From Bdellovibrionales bacterium (GTDB lineage: Bacteria; Bdellovibrionota; Bdellovibrionia; Bdellovibrionales; UBA1609), in assembly GCA_965261545.1 (NCBI GenBank), contig CBDHDF010000011.1, positions 608,001 through 672,000 on the forward strand: a stretch of DNA of 64,000 bases, in the 5' to 3' direction. A program made the position numbers and the translations under genes. Of the stretch, positions 1-9,574 are shown one piece after another (positions within the stretch are counted from its first letter, which is position 1; each line of letters starts with the position of its first letter). Below the pieces are notes generated by a model. That model did no database searches, had not been told where the DNA came from, and worked only from the letters and a program-made list of their open reading frames with translations.

Positions 1-317
1 TGAAAAATGAAAACTGGCGTGAAGTAGGGACAGTTGTGACCAATCTCACCTGCAAAACACTTGGAGAAATCGCTAATTTAGGGGGAGCCAACGTCGAATT
101 GGAAAAGCTGATTTTAAAGTTGCCCCCAAGTGTACGAAGAGAGCTGGGTGAGGCGATTCAGCGTCAAAACAAAATCTTTGAAGTTCTTAGCTTTGCCCCC
201 GATGAAATGATGGGTCGTTTAAAAGACCGTGACAATGTTCTCAAGCACCTTTCAGTTCTCAAGGAAAACCTTCTTCAAGCCATTGAATTGGGTTTTGGCT
301 CTGAGGAGGGTGCTTAG
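1..317 (+). CDS. C-terminal part of a hypothetical protein running in from the window edge
   Basis: The frame is open from base 3 (KNENWREVGTVVTNL...) to TAG at 317. No recognisable motif. Confidence 0.6.
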   Translation, partial: KNENWREVGTVVTNLTCKTLGEIANLGGANVELEKLILKLPPSVRRELGEAIQRQNKIFEVLSFAPDEMMGRLKDRDNVLKHLSVLKENLLQAIELGFGSEEGA

Positions 318-352
318 CTTCTGTGGTGTGCTGGCCCTTTGAGGTGCTTTAC

Positions 353-1732
353 TCATAGGTTAAGAAGCTTGTATTCTTCATCTAAAAATCCTGAGAAATG
401 ACCTTTAAATAGATTCTGATCGATCACTTTTATGGATTTTTTAAGGGTGATAAAGGTGTCATTGGATGTAATATTTTTTAGGTGCTCAAAAAAGAGTTGG
501 TAAGCTATTTCTCGTTCTTCCTTCCCCCCTCGCTGAAGAGCCTTTTGAAATACTCCATACCATATGGTGCTATAGATAGCGCCCATGGCATGAATTTCTC
601 CTTTTTTTGGGGAGCAGGCATTAAATAAATCTTGTGCCGTGATTTTTTGCTTCTTAATTTCTTTAGCACTTCGAGGGGCTTCGCAGCTCCTGAAGCCTTG
701 AGTGTTGTTGTAAAAGACTTCGCCAATGGCGGTGAAATCAGGGAAGATAAGGATGGACATGATATCTCCCACCCCTTCATGAATGGCTCTTGGGCTTCCA
801 TTTATAGACCGAGAGCACATGCTTGTTCCACATTTTCTGTCTAAGTTTCCCGAAGAGAGGGAGGAGGAGGTGGAGTGGTCTAAGATAGCATGGCCGGCTT
901 CATGGAGAACGATGCTTGCATCTAAGCCCAGGGGAATATAGGTAGAACCTCCTTGGTCATCGGTGCCTAAAGCCTTGGAAAGGCCAAAGGCCATAAAGTT
1001 CCGACTTTTTACCCAAAAGGCATTGCTGAAAATGGAGATTTTCTCAGATTTTTTAGAAAAGGCGACAAAGGGGAGCACCGAAATACTCTTATCCTTTGGG
1101 TGCCATTGCCCCGTAAGTTTTTGGACTCGTTTCGATAAATGGTTGAGCCAGAAAAAGGCGTGAATATCGACCAGACTCATGTTGATGTCATTGTGAAATG
1201 CATACTTCCAATCGTCATGAAGATTCTTCTTTAAGGGTTCTTCAGAGCTACCGACTTTTGAATAATCCACAGAAAAGAACTGGCTTTTCAGTTGGTCTCC
1301 TGGGATCCGTACAGCATATGTTTGAATGTTTGAAACATCGTTAATCCCTATTAAAGTTTGACTTTTGTCATTCAATATTGCTCCAGCATTCACCAAGGGA
1401 ATTTCTTGAGGGTGAAGTGGTCTTCCTTGGTGAGCAATGGGGTTTTTTTCAAATATACAGGCGTTGGCAAACTCTGTGGTTGTTTTCAAACAATTCTCCA
1501 CTCTTTGGCCTCGTCCAAAAGGCATCAACGGGATATCTTTTGGATCCATCGGTTCCTCTCTTCTCTCCTCTTTTTTCTCCTCCCCTCTCTGCTCTGAGGA
1601 AGGATGTCGTCGTGTGGTCATTTTCTTCTTTGGGAAGTTTTTGAGAACATCACAGTTTGTGTAAAAAGTCATAAGAATCAATAGGGAGAGGAGGGATACA
1701 ATAGATCGTTGGATAGTTGCTGGACTCATCAT
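353..1732 (-). CDS. Zinc metallopeptidase lipoprotein (M4/M36 thermolysin/fungalysin-like)
   Basis: HEAGH zinc motif, downstream HEGVGD third ligand, GEIHAMG and NAFW motifs; signal peptide ending FYTNC (lipobox-like). Confidence 0.75.
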   Translation of the reverse strand: MMSPATIQRSIVSLLSLLILMTFYTNCDVLKNFPKKKMTTRRHPSSEQRGEEKKEERREEPMDPKDIPLMPFGRGQRVENCLKTTTEFANACIFEKNPIAHQGRPLHPQEIPLVNAGAILNDKSQTLIGINDVSNIQTYAVRIPGDQLKSQFFSVDYSKVGSSEEPLKKNLHDDWKYAFHNDINMSLVDIHAFFWLNHLSKRVQKLTGQWHPKDKSISVLPFVAFSKKSEKISIFSNAFWVKSRNFMAFGLSKALGTDDQGGSTYIPLGLDASIVLHEAGHAILDHSTSSSLSSGNLDRKCGTSMCSRSINGSPRAIHEGVGDIMSILIFPDFTAIGEVFYNNTQGFRSCEAPRSAKEIKKQKITAQDLFNACSPKKGEIHAMGAIYSTIWYGVFQKALQRGGKEEREIAYQLFFEHLKNITSNDTFITLKKSIKVIDQNLFKGHFSGFLDEEYKLLNL

Positions 1733-2085
1733 TCTTCTCCCTTTCTCTTTAGTTTTGTCGGTAGATTATGGACAAATCTTGAGAATTAAGGTTTTTAGGA
1801 ACAGGGGTTTCTAGGAGCATAACGACGATTCGCACCTACTTCTTTATCGCCCATTTGATAGTCATGGGTGGAGGAGGTTCTGCCCCCATGGGTGGGCTGT
1901 TGGAGCTTGGTAGGGGGCGACTTGTGTTGAGAGTTGTCTGGCCTTTTTACCTCTTTTTTCTGTGAAGTCTCAATAATAGGGAGGTGAGTTTTCGATAGAA
2001 ATATTATCTGGTTAAATGGAATGAATAAGGATATAAAATAGTTAATGAGATATTAAAAAAGGTTATTTTCCACAAAGAGGTAAAA

Positions 2086-3324
2086 ATGAAAGAAGACAAT
2101 CCACTTGAGATTCTTAACGATCAATTTAACAAGGCTGCAGACTTGATAGGTTTGCGTGAGGACTATAGGGTTTTGATGAAAAAACCCTATCGAGAACTTC
2201 ATGTTCATTTGCCCGTGAGAATGGATAATGGAACTTTGGAAATGTTTCAAGGCTATCGTATTCAACACAATGCTGTGCGAGGTCCTTATAAAGGTGGAAT
2301 TCGTTTTCATCCTGAAGTCGACCGAGACGAGGTTTTAGCCTTGGCAACATTGATGACTTGGAAAACAGCTGTGGTTGATATTCCCTTTGGAGGGGCTAAG
2401 GGTGGCATTTCAGTGGATCCCTCTAAGTTGACTCGCAAGGAGCTTCAATCACTGACACGGAAGTTTACTTCACAAATTCATGCGATTATGGGGCCTTATC
2501 GAGATATTCCCGCACCAGACATGAACACCAACGAGAGAATTATGGCTTGGATTCTCGATGAATATGGCAAAATACATGGTTACACTCCTGCTGTGGTGAC
2601 AGGAAAGCCTGTTTCCTTGGGGGGGAGCTTAGGGAGAAGAGAGGCCACTGGTCGAGGGGTCATGTTTGCTATTATGGAGGCATGTGAAGCCTTTAATATT
2701 CCCACCAAAGATGCTCGTGTGGTCGTTCAGGGCTTTGGTAATGTGGGAAGTTTTGCGGCTCGTTTTCTTCAAGAGCGAGGTTGTCGAGTGATTGCCGTTT
2801 CAGATGTGACGGGAGGTATTTACAGTGGAGGAGGTCTCGATGTGCCCTCACTGGTGAAGCATATGGAGAAACATCGAACATTAAAGGGTGCTGAGGGGAC
2901 AGAACCTTTGACCAATGAGGAACTTCTCTCCCTTGAATGTGATATCTTAATTCCTGCTGCTCTTGGAGGAGTTTTTAATAGCTCCACAGCCTCAAAGGTG
3001 AACTGTAAGTTGGTGGCTGAAGCGGCCAACAACCCCACCACTCTTGAGGGTGACAAGACTTTTTCAGATAAGGGGGTTCATGTGCTTCCCGACATCTACT
3101 GCAATGCTGGTGGTGTGGTTGTGAGTTATTTTGAGTGGATTCAAAACTTACAGCAGTATAAATGGTCCGAGGAGAAGGTCAATGTGGAACTTGATAAAAA
3201 AATGAAGGTGGCCTTTAATCAGATCCTCGAATGTTCTAAAAAGTACAATGTTTCTTTGAGAACGGCGAGCTACACACTGGGAATTCATAGAGTGAATGAG
3301 GCCACAGAGCTTCGGGTGGCTTAA
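2086..3324 (+). CDS. gdhA: Glu/Leu/Phe/Val dehydrogenase (glutamate dehydrogenase)
   Basis: GPYKGGIRF, GGAKGG, DIPAPD, QGFGNVG and SYFEW motifs. Confidence 0.93.
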   Translation: MKEDNPLEILNDQFNKAADLIGLREDYRVLMKKPYRELHVHLPVRMDNGTLEMFQGYRIQHNAVRGPYKGGIRFHPEVDRDEVLALATLMTWKTAVVDIPFGGAKGGISVDPSKLTRKELQSLTRKFTSQIHAIMGPYRDIPAPDMNTNERIMAWILDEYGKIHGYTPAVVTGKPVSLGGSLGRREATGRGVMFAIMEACEAFNIPTKDARVVVQGFGNVGSFAARFLQERGCRVIAVSDVTGGIYSGGGLDVPSLVKHMEKHRTLKGAEGTEPLTNEELLSLECDILIPAALGGVFNSSTASKVNCKLVAEAANNPTTLEGDKTFSDKGVHVLPDIYCNAGGVVVSYFEWIQNLQQYKWSEEKVNVELDKKMKVAFNQILECSKKYNVSLRTASYTLGIHRVNEATELRVA

Positions 3325-3331
3325 AGGACTG

Positions 3332-3667
3332 TTAGCCGGGGGGCCACTGAAGCTGGCGTCCACCAAGAATGTGAATGTGAAGATGGAAAATCTCTTGTCC
3401 CCCGTGGGCATTGGTATTGATGACCAATCGATAGCCTTCTTGGAGGCCTTGGTCATTTGCAATCTCTGAGGCTTTCCACATGAGGTGGCCTAGGGTGAGT
3501 TGATTTTCCTTTGTGACAGCTTCCATGGAGGGGATTTCTTTTTTAGGAATAAGTAAGATGTGAGTGGGTGCCTGGGGTTGGATATCTCGGAAGGCTAAAC
3601 ATTGATCGTCTTCGTAGACGATGTCAGCGGGAATTTCTCTGCTAATAATTTTCGTAAATAGGGTCAT
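3332..3667 (-). CDS. hinT: Histidine triad (HIT) nucleotide-binding protein
   Basis: HLHIHILGG triad; DIQPQAPTHIL. Confidence 0.93.
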   Translation of the reverse strand: MTLFTKIISREIPADIVYEDDQCLAFRDIQPQAPTHILLIPKKEIPSMEAVTKENQLTLGHLMWKASEIANDQGLQEGYRLVINTNAHGGQEIFHLHIHILGGRQLQWPPG

Positions 3668-3807
3668 GGGGTTTCCTTGTACGCCTTGGTTCGTTCTGGT
3701 GAGTTTCTTATTCGTTCATTGCTTTTCAAATGTTTTTCAAAATTCGGCGTTATTTTAATTCATTCTGGACTCTTGGTTCTGGCTGAGCCAGATGAGCAAC
3801 AAACTCG

Positions 3808-4977
3808 CTAGAAAATGGATCTATCTTGATTCTCCTTAGCCATAGCAAGGATTTTCTGGGTTGCGATTTTAGTTTCTTCGGGGGAGGTGAAGCGCCCTAT
3901 GCCAATGCGGATGGTGGCTCGTGCGAGGGAATCATCGTGACCAATGGCCTTGAGGACATGGCTTGGATGGGTAGCTCCCTCACTGCATGCAGAGCCAGAG
4001 CTACAGGCTAGGCCCTTGAGTCCAAGGGCAAAGATATCTGAAGAGAGGCTGGCAAAAGAAAAGGACGCATTGTTACTCAATCGCTCCTTGGGGTGGCCAT
4101 TGAGGTAGGATGTGGGGATTCCTTGAAGCACAGATGTGATGAGTTGGTTTCGAAGTTGCGAGAGTCTTTGGGTTTCTTCATCCATGTGGATATGACAGAG
4201 TTCACAGGCTTTTCCAAGTCCGACAATGCCTGGGGTGTTGAGGGTTCCTGGTCGAAGCCCTTCCTCTTGAGTTCCTCCAAACATGAGGGGCTTTAGGTGT
4301 ATTTTTTGAGGCTTTTGGCGAACATAAAGGGCTCCGACTCCCTTGGGTCCATATATTTTGTGGCCCGAGATAGAAAGCAAGTCGATATTCATATCCTCCA
4401 CATCTATGTGTATGTTGCCCATGGCTTGGGCGGCGTCGGTGTGAAAGGCAATGCCATGGGAGTGGGTGAGCTCACCTATTCTTTGAATGGGGTTGATGGA
4501 GCCAATTTCATTGTTGGCACTCATAATGGAAACCAGCTTTGTATGGGGGCGAATGGCTTCTTTGAGAGTGTCGATCTCCACCTGCCCATATTTGTTGACG
4601 TCTAAAAAATCTACTTCCACAGGCCAGTGGTGAGATATCCATTGGCAGACTTCTAAAACGGCTTTGTGTTCCACCTTGGAGGTTAGAATATGAATTTTTT
4701 CTTTCTGGTCCACAAAGGGGCGAATAAAGCCTATAAGAGCGATATTATTGCTCTCGGTGGCACCACTGGTCCAAAAAATACTCTTTGGGTGGGCCCCAAT
4801 TTTTTGAGCCACTTGTTGGCGAGCTTTTGTGACGGCGGCTTGAGCGGCCCATCCATAGGAATGAGTTGTACTTGAAGCGTTCCCAAACTCGGTTTCCAAA
4901 TAGGGCTTCATGGCTTGTAAAACCTCTGGATCCAAGGGTGTGGTTGCATTATAGTCTAAGTAGATGGGTCTTTTCAT
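3808..4977 (-). CDS. iscS: Cysteine desulfurase (IscS/NifS group I)
   Basis: YLDYNATTP, SGHKIYGPKG (PLP Lys) and SSGSACS (catalytic Cys). Confidence 0.92.
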   Translation of the reverse strand: MKRPIYLDYNATTPLDPEVLQAMKPYLETEFGNASSTTHSYGWAAQAAVTKARQQVAQKIGAHPKSIFWTSGATESNNIALIGFIRPFVDQKEKIHILTSKVEHKAVLEVCQWISHHWPVEVDFLDVNKYGQVEIDTLKEAIRPHTKLVSIMSANNEIGSINPIQRIGELTHSHGIAFHTDAAQAMGNIHIDVEDMNIDLLSISGHKIYGPKGVGALYVRQKPQKIHLKPLMFGGTQEEGLRPGTLNTPGIVGLGKACELCHIHMDEETQRLSQLRNQLITSVLQGIPTSYLNGHPKERLSNNASFSFASLSSDIFALGLKGLACSSGSACSEGATHPSHVLKAIGHDDSLARATIRIGIGRFTSPEETKIATQKILAMAKENQDRSIF

Positions 4978-5051
4978 ATGAGAGCCCTCACTTGCCCTAA
5001 GGTGGCTCCTTTCATATAAGCCCCTCGCTGTCTAAAGTGGTCTCTTTCATA

Positions 5052-6245
5052 TTAGAACCCATGCTTAGCTAAATCCTTGGTGATATTTTTTTGATGAGCT
5101 TCAAGGGTGCCTCCACCAATTTCAATAAGCTTGGCATCTCGCCAGAGTCTTTCTACCACATATTCCCCCACATAACCATAGCCCCCTAGAACTTGAATGG
5201 CCCGATCGGCAATGGTTTTGGCCATGGTGGCGGCCACCAATTTGACACCATCTGAGTGGAGTCGCTGGCCTGACTGTTGGAGGTTCATTCGGCGAGCTGT
5301 TTCATAGGTGTAGCAACGGGCGGCCTGGTACTCGGCATAACTTTCTCCAATCATTTTTTGAATTTGCCCAAAAGATGACAGGGGTTGGTGAAAGGCTCTA
5401 CGCTCTTGGGCATATCGATTCATGACTTGAAGGCAACGCTTGGCTATTCCAAGGCTTTGTGCGGCAAGGGTGATTCGTTCAATTTCTAAGTTTCTCATCA
5501 TATGAGTGATGGAGGCTCCTTCGTGGCCAATGAGTTGGGAGCCAGGAATATGACAATCTTCGAAGACAAGTTCGGCGGTGTTGGAGGCTCGCATACCAAG
5601 TTTATCCTGAATTTTTTGTCCCACGCTGTATCCAAGATCACTTCTTAAAACCACAAATGTGGAAAGGCTGGGGCGTCCTTTGGATTCCCCCGTGACAGCG
5701 TAGACCCAAGCAAGGTCTGCGGGGGTGCTCTTTTCGTCGATGGAGCCATTGGTGATCCACATTTTACGGCCATCCAGTGTGTAGCCCTTAGGATTTGATT
5801 TTGCCCTTGTTTTCATACCTAGGACGTCTGTGCCCACATGGGGTTCAGACATGGCCATGCAGCCGACCCACTCACCAGAGCAGAGTTTCGGGAGCCAAGC
5901 TTTTTTCTGTTCTTCACTTCCATTGAGGTTGATATTGTTAACACAGAGCATTGAATGGGCGAGGTAGGCCAGTGTGAAACCTGGATCTGAGGTTGAAAGT
6001 TCTTCGTGGGCGATAATAGCTGCTGTGGCATCCATACCGGCTCCACCGTATTTTTCGTCCACGGTGATGCCTAGGAGTCCAAGGTCTCCCAGCTTTCTAA
6101 ACAGTTTTAGGTTAAATTTTTCTTGGCGATCGTGTTCTTGGGCTTGGGGCTCCACCTCGGTGGTGACAAATTCAGTCACCATTTGGCGAAGCATTTTATG
6201 TTCTTCGGTGGGGTTAAATAAATCGTAGCTTTTAAAAGTTGACAT
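5052..6245 (-). CDS. Acyl-CoA dehydrogenase, isovaleryl-CoA dehydrogenase-like
   Basis: AMSEPxxGTD, GRKMWITNG, KLGMRASNT, QVLGGYGY and RDAKLIEIGGGT. Confidence 0.9.
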   Translation of the reverse strand: MSTFKSYDLFNPTEEHKMLRQMVTEFVTTEVEPQAQEHDRQEKFNLKLFRKLGDLGLLGITVDEKYGGAGMDATAAIIAHEELSTSDPGFTLAYLAHSMLCVNNINLNGSEEQKKAWLPKLCSGEWVGCMAMSEPHVGTDVLGMKTRAKSNPKGYTLDGRKMWITNGSIDEKSTPADLAWVYAVTGESKGRPSLSTFVVLRSDLGYSVGQKIQDKLGMRASNTAELVFEDCHIPGSQLIGHEGASITHMMRNLEIERITLAAQSLGIAKRCLQVMNRYAQERRAFHQPLSSFGQIQKMIGESYAEYQAARCYTYETARRMNLQQSGQRLHSDGVKLVAATMAKTIADRAIQVLGGYGYVGEYVVERLWRDAKLIEIGGGTLEAHQKNITKDLAKHGF

Positions 6246-6342
6246 ATTTGTCTATCCTTTCTTATAGATCCTTATAGATGACGCTATAGATGGCGCTGAG
6301 AAACAGCGTTAAAAAATAGCATGATAGATTTGGAGAAAGCTA

Positions 6343-7293
6343 TTGTTTTTTGAAGGAGCCGAAAAAAAGCTTGAAATGGTGATATCTTCCTCTGTAGGTG
6401 ATCTTCGAGGGAAGGACTGGCCTGTCATGGTCACCAAGGTAGGAGCCCAGATCCTTTCAAAAATGACTTCGCCAGACTGTGATGCTTATCTTCTTTCTGA
6501 GTCCAGCCTTTTTGTTTGGAAGAATCGGTTGACCATGATTACTTGTGGGCAAACGACGCTTGTGGATGTGGCCATTGATTTGTTTGAAGAGTACGGTGAG
6601 AATCAAGTTGAACTTTTTATTTTTGAAAGAAAAAATGAGTCTTTTCCCTACTATCAAAAATCAGACATATTTAAAGATTTAAAGCGGTTGTATAAGCACA
6701 TGCCCGGAAAGGCCTATCGCTTTGGTGATACCAACGAGCATCATCTATTTTTATTTCACTTAGATAAAGCCTTTGAGCCCCAGAGTTCTGATCAAACTCT
6801 TGAGGTGCTTATGTATGAGATTCAAGGGGAGGCCCGCAGGGTTTTTACAGAGGTGCCTCACTGTGGGGAGGGAGTGCATAAATTATTGGGTGTGGAGGGA
6901 GGTTTCTTTACAAGGGGTGCCTTTGAGGGTTTTCAGTTAGATAGCCACCTTTTCAAACCCATGGGGTACTCTTGCAATGCTCTCAAGGGGGAGGAGTACT
7001 TCGCCATCCATGTAACTCCCCAACTTTTCAGTCCCTATGTGAGCTTTGAGACAAATATGGTTCCGAGAAGGGAGGATGCCATTGGTTATGTCATTAACCT
7101 TTTCCAGCCAAAATCTTTTGATGTTGTCGACTTTAGGCCCTCCCTAGCCCCTCTTTGTGAGATGTTAGGATATCAAATAATAAATAATGTGTGTCAGCGG
7201 GTGAGTTGTGGTTACGAGGTTTGTTTTGCCAGCTATTATCAGCCTCCGCCATCGCCAAAGGCAGCTTTGTTGATTGAGGCGAGTGATATGTAG
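6343..7293 (+). CDS. speD: S-adenosylmethionine decarboxylase proenzyme, eukaryote-like (class 2) architecture
   Basis: FFEGAEKKLE, DAYLLSE/SSLFV self-cleavage site, TCG, GYSCN, HVTP and YVSFET; directly upstream of speE. Confidence 0.88.
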   Translation: MFFEGAEKKLEMVISSSVGDLRGKDWPVMVTKVGAQILSKMTSPDCDAYLLSESSLFVWKNRLTMITCGQTTLVDVAIDLFEEYGENQVELFIFERKNESFPYYQKSDIFKDLKRLYKHMPGKAYRFGDTNEHHLFLFHLDKAFEPQSSDQTLEVLMYEIQGEARRVFTEVPHCGEGVHKLLGVEGGFFTRGAFEGFQLDSHLFKPMGYSCNALKGEEYFAIHVTPQLFSPYVSFETNMVPRREDAIGYVINLFQPKSFDVVDFRPSLAPLCEMLGYQIINNVCQRVSCGYEVCFASYYQPPPSPKAALLIEASDM

Positions 7294-7337
7294 GAGATAG
7301 AAAAGTAAATTTATTAAGAGGCGAGGAAGTTGAGCTT

Positions 7338-8231
7338 ATGGAAAAACAGGAGTGGGTGACAGAGAGTCACGAAGGTTATTTACGGAAAAGTTATCGTATT
7401 AAAGAGATTTTATTTAGTGGTCAAAGTGATTTTCAAAAGGTGGAGGTGGTTGATACCTATGGTCATGGAAAGATGCTTTTCAATGACGGACTTGCCATGG
7501 TTTCGGAGAGAGATGAATTTGTTTATCACGAAATGATAGCCCATGTTCCCCTTTGCCTCCATCCCAGGCCCCGACGGGTTTTGGTTGTGGGTGGAGGAGA
7601 TGGGGGAACGGCCCGGGAGGTTTTAAAGCACCCTGAAGTGGAGCTATGCACGATGGTTGAAATTGATGGCATGGTCGTCGATGCTTGTAAGAAGCACATA
7701 CCTGTGACGGCTTCTTGTTTAAAAGGGCACCCTAAGCTTGACTTAAAAATTGAAGATGCCGTCAAGTATGTGGCCCAGGAGCAGACTGAAATGTTTGATG
7801 TCATTCTCGTTGACTCCACAGATCCCATAGGGCCTGCGACCCCTCTTTTTGGCAAAGAGTTCTATGAAAATGTCCATCGGTTATTGACAGATCGTGGTGT
7901 GGTTGTTTCCCAGTGTGAGTCTCCCTATTATTATTTGGAGATGCAGAAATCTGTTCTTACAATATTGAAATCTCTGTTCCCCATCACTCAGATTTATAAC
8001 TACTCGAATATGACCTACCCTGGGGGCATTTGGTCTTTTGCTTTTGCCTCAAAGGGCCTGCACCCATTGAGAGACTTAGGTGTTAGTATGAGTGGGAAAT
8101 CGTGGTCTTCTTTGCAGTTGGGTTGTTCCTATTACAATCCAGAGATTCATCAGGCGGCTTTTTGTCACCCTCAATTTATGAAAGAGGCTTTGGGTGATTT
8201 GTTGAGTCAGGAGTCAATGCCGTTTCCTTAA
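7338..8231 (+). CDS. speE: Spermidine synthase (polyamine aminopropyltransferase)
   Basis: DEFVYHEM, VLVVGGGDGG, VEID and DSTDPIGPA. Confidence 0.93.
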   Translation: MEKQEWVTESHEGYLRKSYRIKEILFSGQSDFQKVEVVDTYGHGKMLFNDGLAMVSERDEFVYHEMIAHVPLCLHPRPRRVLVVGGGDGGTAREVLKHPEVELCTMVEIDGMVVDACKKHIPVTASCLKGHPKLDLKIEDAVKYVAQEQTEMFDVILVDSTDPIGPATPLFGKEFYENVHRLLTDRGVVVSQCESPYYYLEMQKSVLTILKSLFPITQIYNYSNMTYPGGIWSFAFASKGLHPLRDLGVSMSGKSWSSLQLGCSYYNPEIHQAAFCHPQFMKEALGDLLSQESMPFP

Positions 8232-8263
8232 GAAGAATTTCTTGAAATCATTAAATAAATCGA

Positions 8264-8532
8264 ATTGGGTAGAAGGGTCGGTTACCCGATCCAACCCCGT
8301 TACCACCCATCGTGCCCTATTAAGGCAATCGGCGGACGATAAATTTGCTCACTCAACTATGATCATATGATCAATACAGCCTGTGTACTATGCGAATCCT
8401 TGGTGGGGGGAATTTAGCAAGAAACCTGTTAAATTTCTCCCAGTTGAGGGACCTTCGCTGACTGCGCCTGTTCATCCATTTGAAGAAAATCCTAGTGGCG
8501 TGGTAAAAAAAATGCTTAACTCCTGCTCTCGC
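8264..8532 (-). mobile_element. 5'-truncated group II intron: maturase C-terminus plus domains V and VI
   Basis: Minus-strand frame 8532-8371 reads ...FFYHATRIFFKWMNRRSQRRSLNWEKFNRFLAKFPPPRIRIVHRLY*, typical of an RT domain X end. DV is CCGCCGATTGCCTTAATAGGGCACGATGGGTGG (8335-8303). A DVI hairpin with bulged A ends ...CTACCCAAT at 8264. Confidence 0.85.
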
Positions 8533-8698
8533 TTAGTTTGTGAAAGAGGTTTTGGTGTTGAGGAAATTCAACGCTGCATATTATTTTATATTATTTATAG
8601 ACTTTTAAGAAGACTTTGAGGAGCATTAGAGTGGAAACTGGGTTTTTCGACCTGTTTGTAATAAGGATAAGATTGTATTGAGACTGTGAGGAGAAACA

Positions 8699-9547
8699 AT
8701 GAAAAAAATAAAAATTATTATTATATGCATAAGTATAATTTACGGTGCAGGTATCACTTTTGTTTTTTCTGGCTGCCAAAGGGATTCAAATCACTCTAAA
8801 AATATAAATTTGGAGTCTGAGGAAGCCAAGTTTAGTTATGCTGTGGGCTATGAAATTGGCAATAATATGAAACGCCAGAAAGTGAAGTTGAGCTATGATG
8901 CCTTTACAACAGCGGTGGTCGATGTCATGGAGGGAAAGCAGGAGCGTTTAAATAAAGAGGAGCGTCGAGCCATTATGAAATCAATGTCTGAAAAAAAGCG
9001 TCACGATAGAAAAGAAACGGCTGAGAAGAACAAGGAGGCTGGTGAGACCTTCTTACAGGAAAATAAAAAGAAAGAAGGAGTTCAAGCTACTGAGTCGGGT
9101 CTTCAATACAAGGTGGTCAGAGAGGGAGAGGGTGAGAAGCCTGTGAGCAAGGATACTGTTAAAGTGCATTATCGAGGCACTTTGATTGATGGCACTCAGT
9201 TTGATAGCTCCTATGATCGCAAGGAGCCAGCAGAGTTTCCTGTGAGGAGCGTGATTCCTGGCTGGATTGAAGGGCTTCAGTTGATGAGTGTGGGTTCCAA
9301 GTACGAGTTTTATGTTCCCTCGAACCTAGGCTATGGACCTCGTGGTAGTTCTGTGATTCCTGGAAATTCTGTTCTTATTTTTGAAGTTGAACTTTTAAGT
9401 ATTGTGGGCAAAGAGGGGAATGATTTTCAAAGCGGCGATATTGATGCTGCTTTGGATGCCAAAGAAAAGAAGACTGATGCTGATTCTCCTACAAAGAAAG
9501 ACACCACAGGAGAAAAGGCTGCTAAAGAAGAAAAGGTGAAGAAATAG
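8699..9547 (+). CDS. fkpA: FKBP-type peptidyl-prolyl isomerase (FkpA/Mip-like, probably a lipoprotein)
   Basis: SYAVG dimerisation segment, TESGLQY, VHYRGTLIDGTQFDSS, VIPGWIEGL; lipobox FSGC. Confidence 0.9.
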   Translation: MKKIKIIIICISIIYGAGITFVFSGCQRDSNHSKNINLESEEAKFSYAVGYEIGNNMKRQKVKLSYDAFTTAVVDVMEGKQERLNKEERRAIMKSMSEKKRHDRKETAEKNKEAGETFLQENKKKEGVQATESGLQYKVVREGEGEKPVSKDTVKVHYRGTLIDGTQFDSSYDRKEPAEFPVRSVIPGWIEGLQLMSVGSKYEFYVPSNLGYGPRGSSVIPGNSVLIFEVELLSIVGKEGNDFQSGDIDAALDAKEKKTDADSPTKKDTTGEKAAKEEKVKK

Positions 9548-9574
9548 TTTCCTCCCATTCCCCTATGATTTTTA

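Noticed and set aside
8383..8619. 78-aa plus-strand ORF
   Set aside because: It is the antisense shadow of the group II intron maturase fragment on the minus strand.
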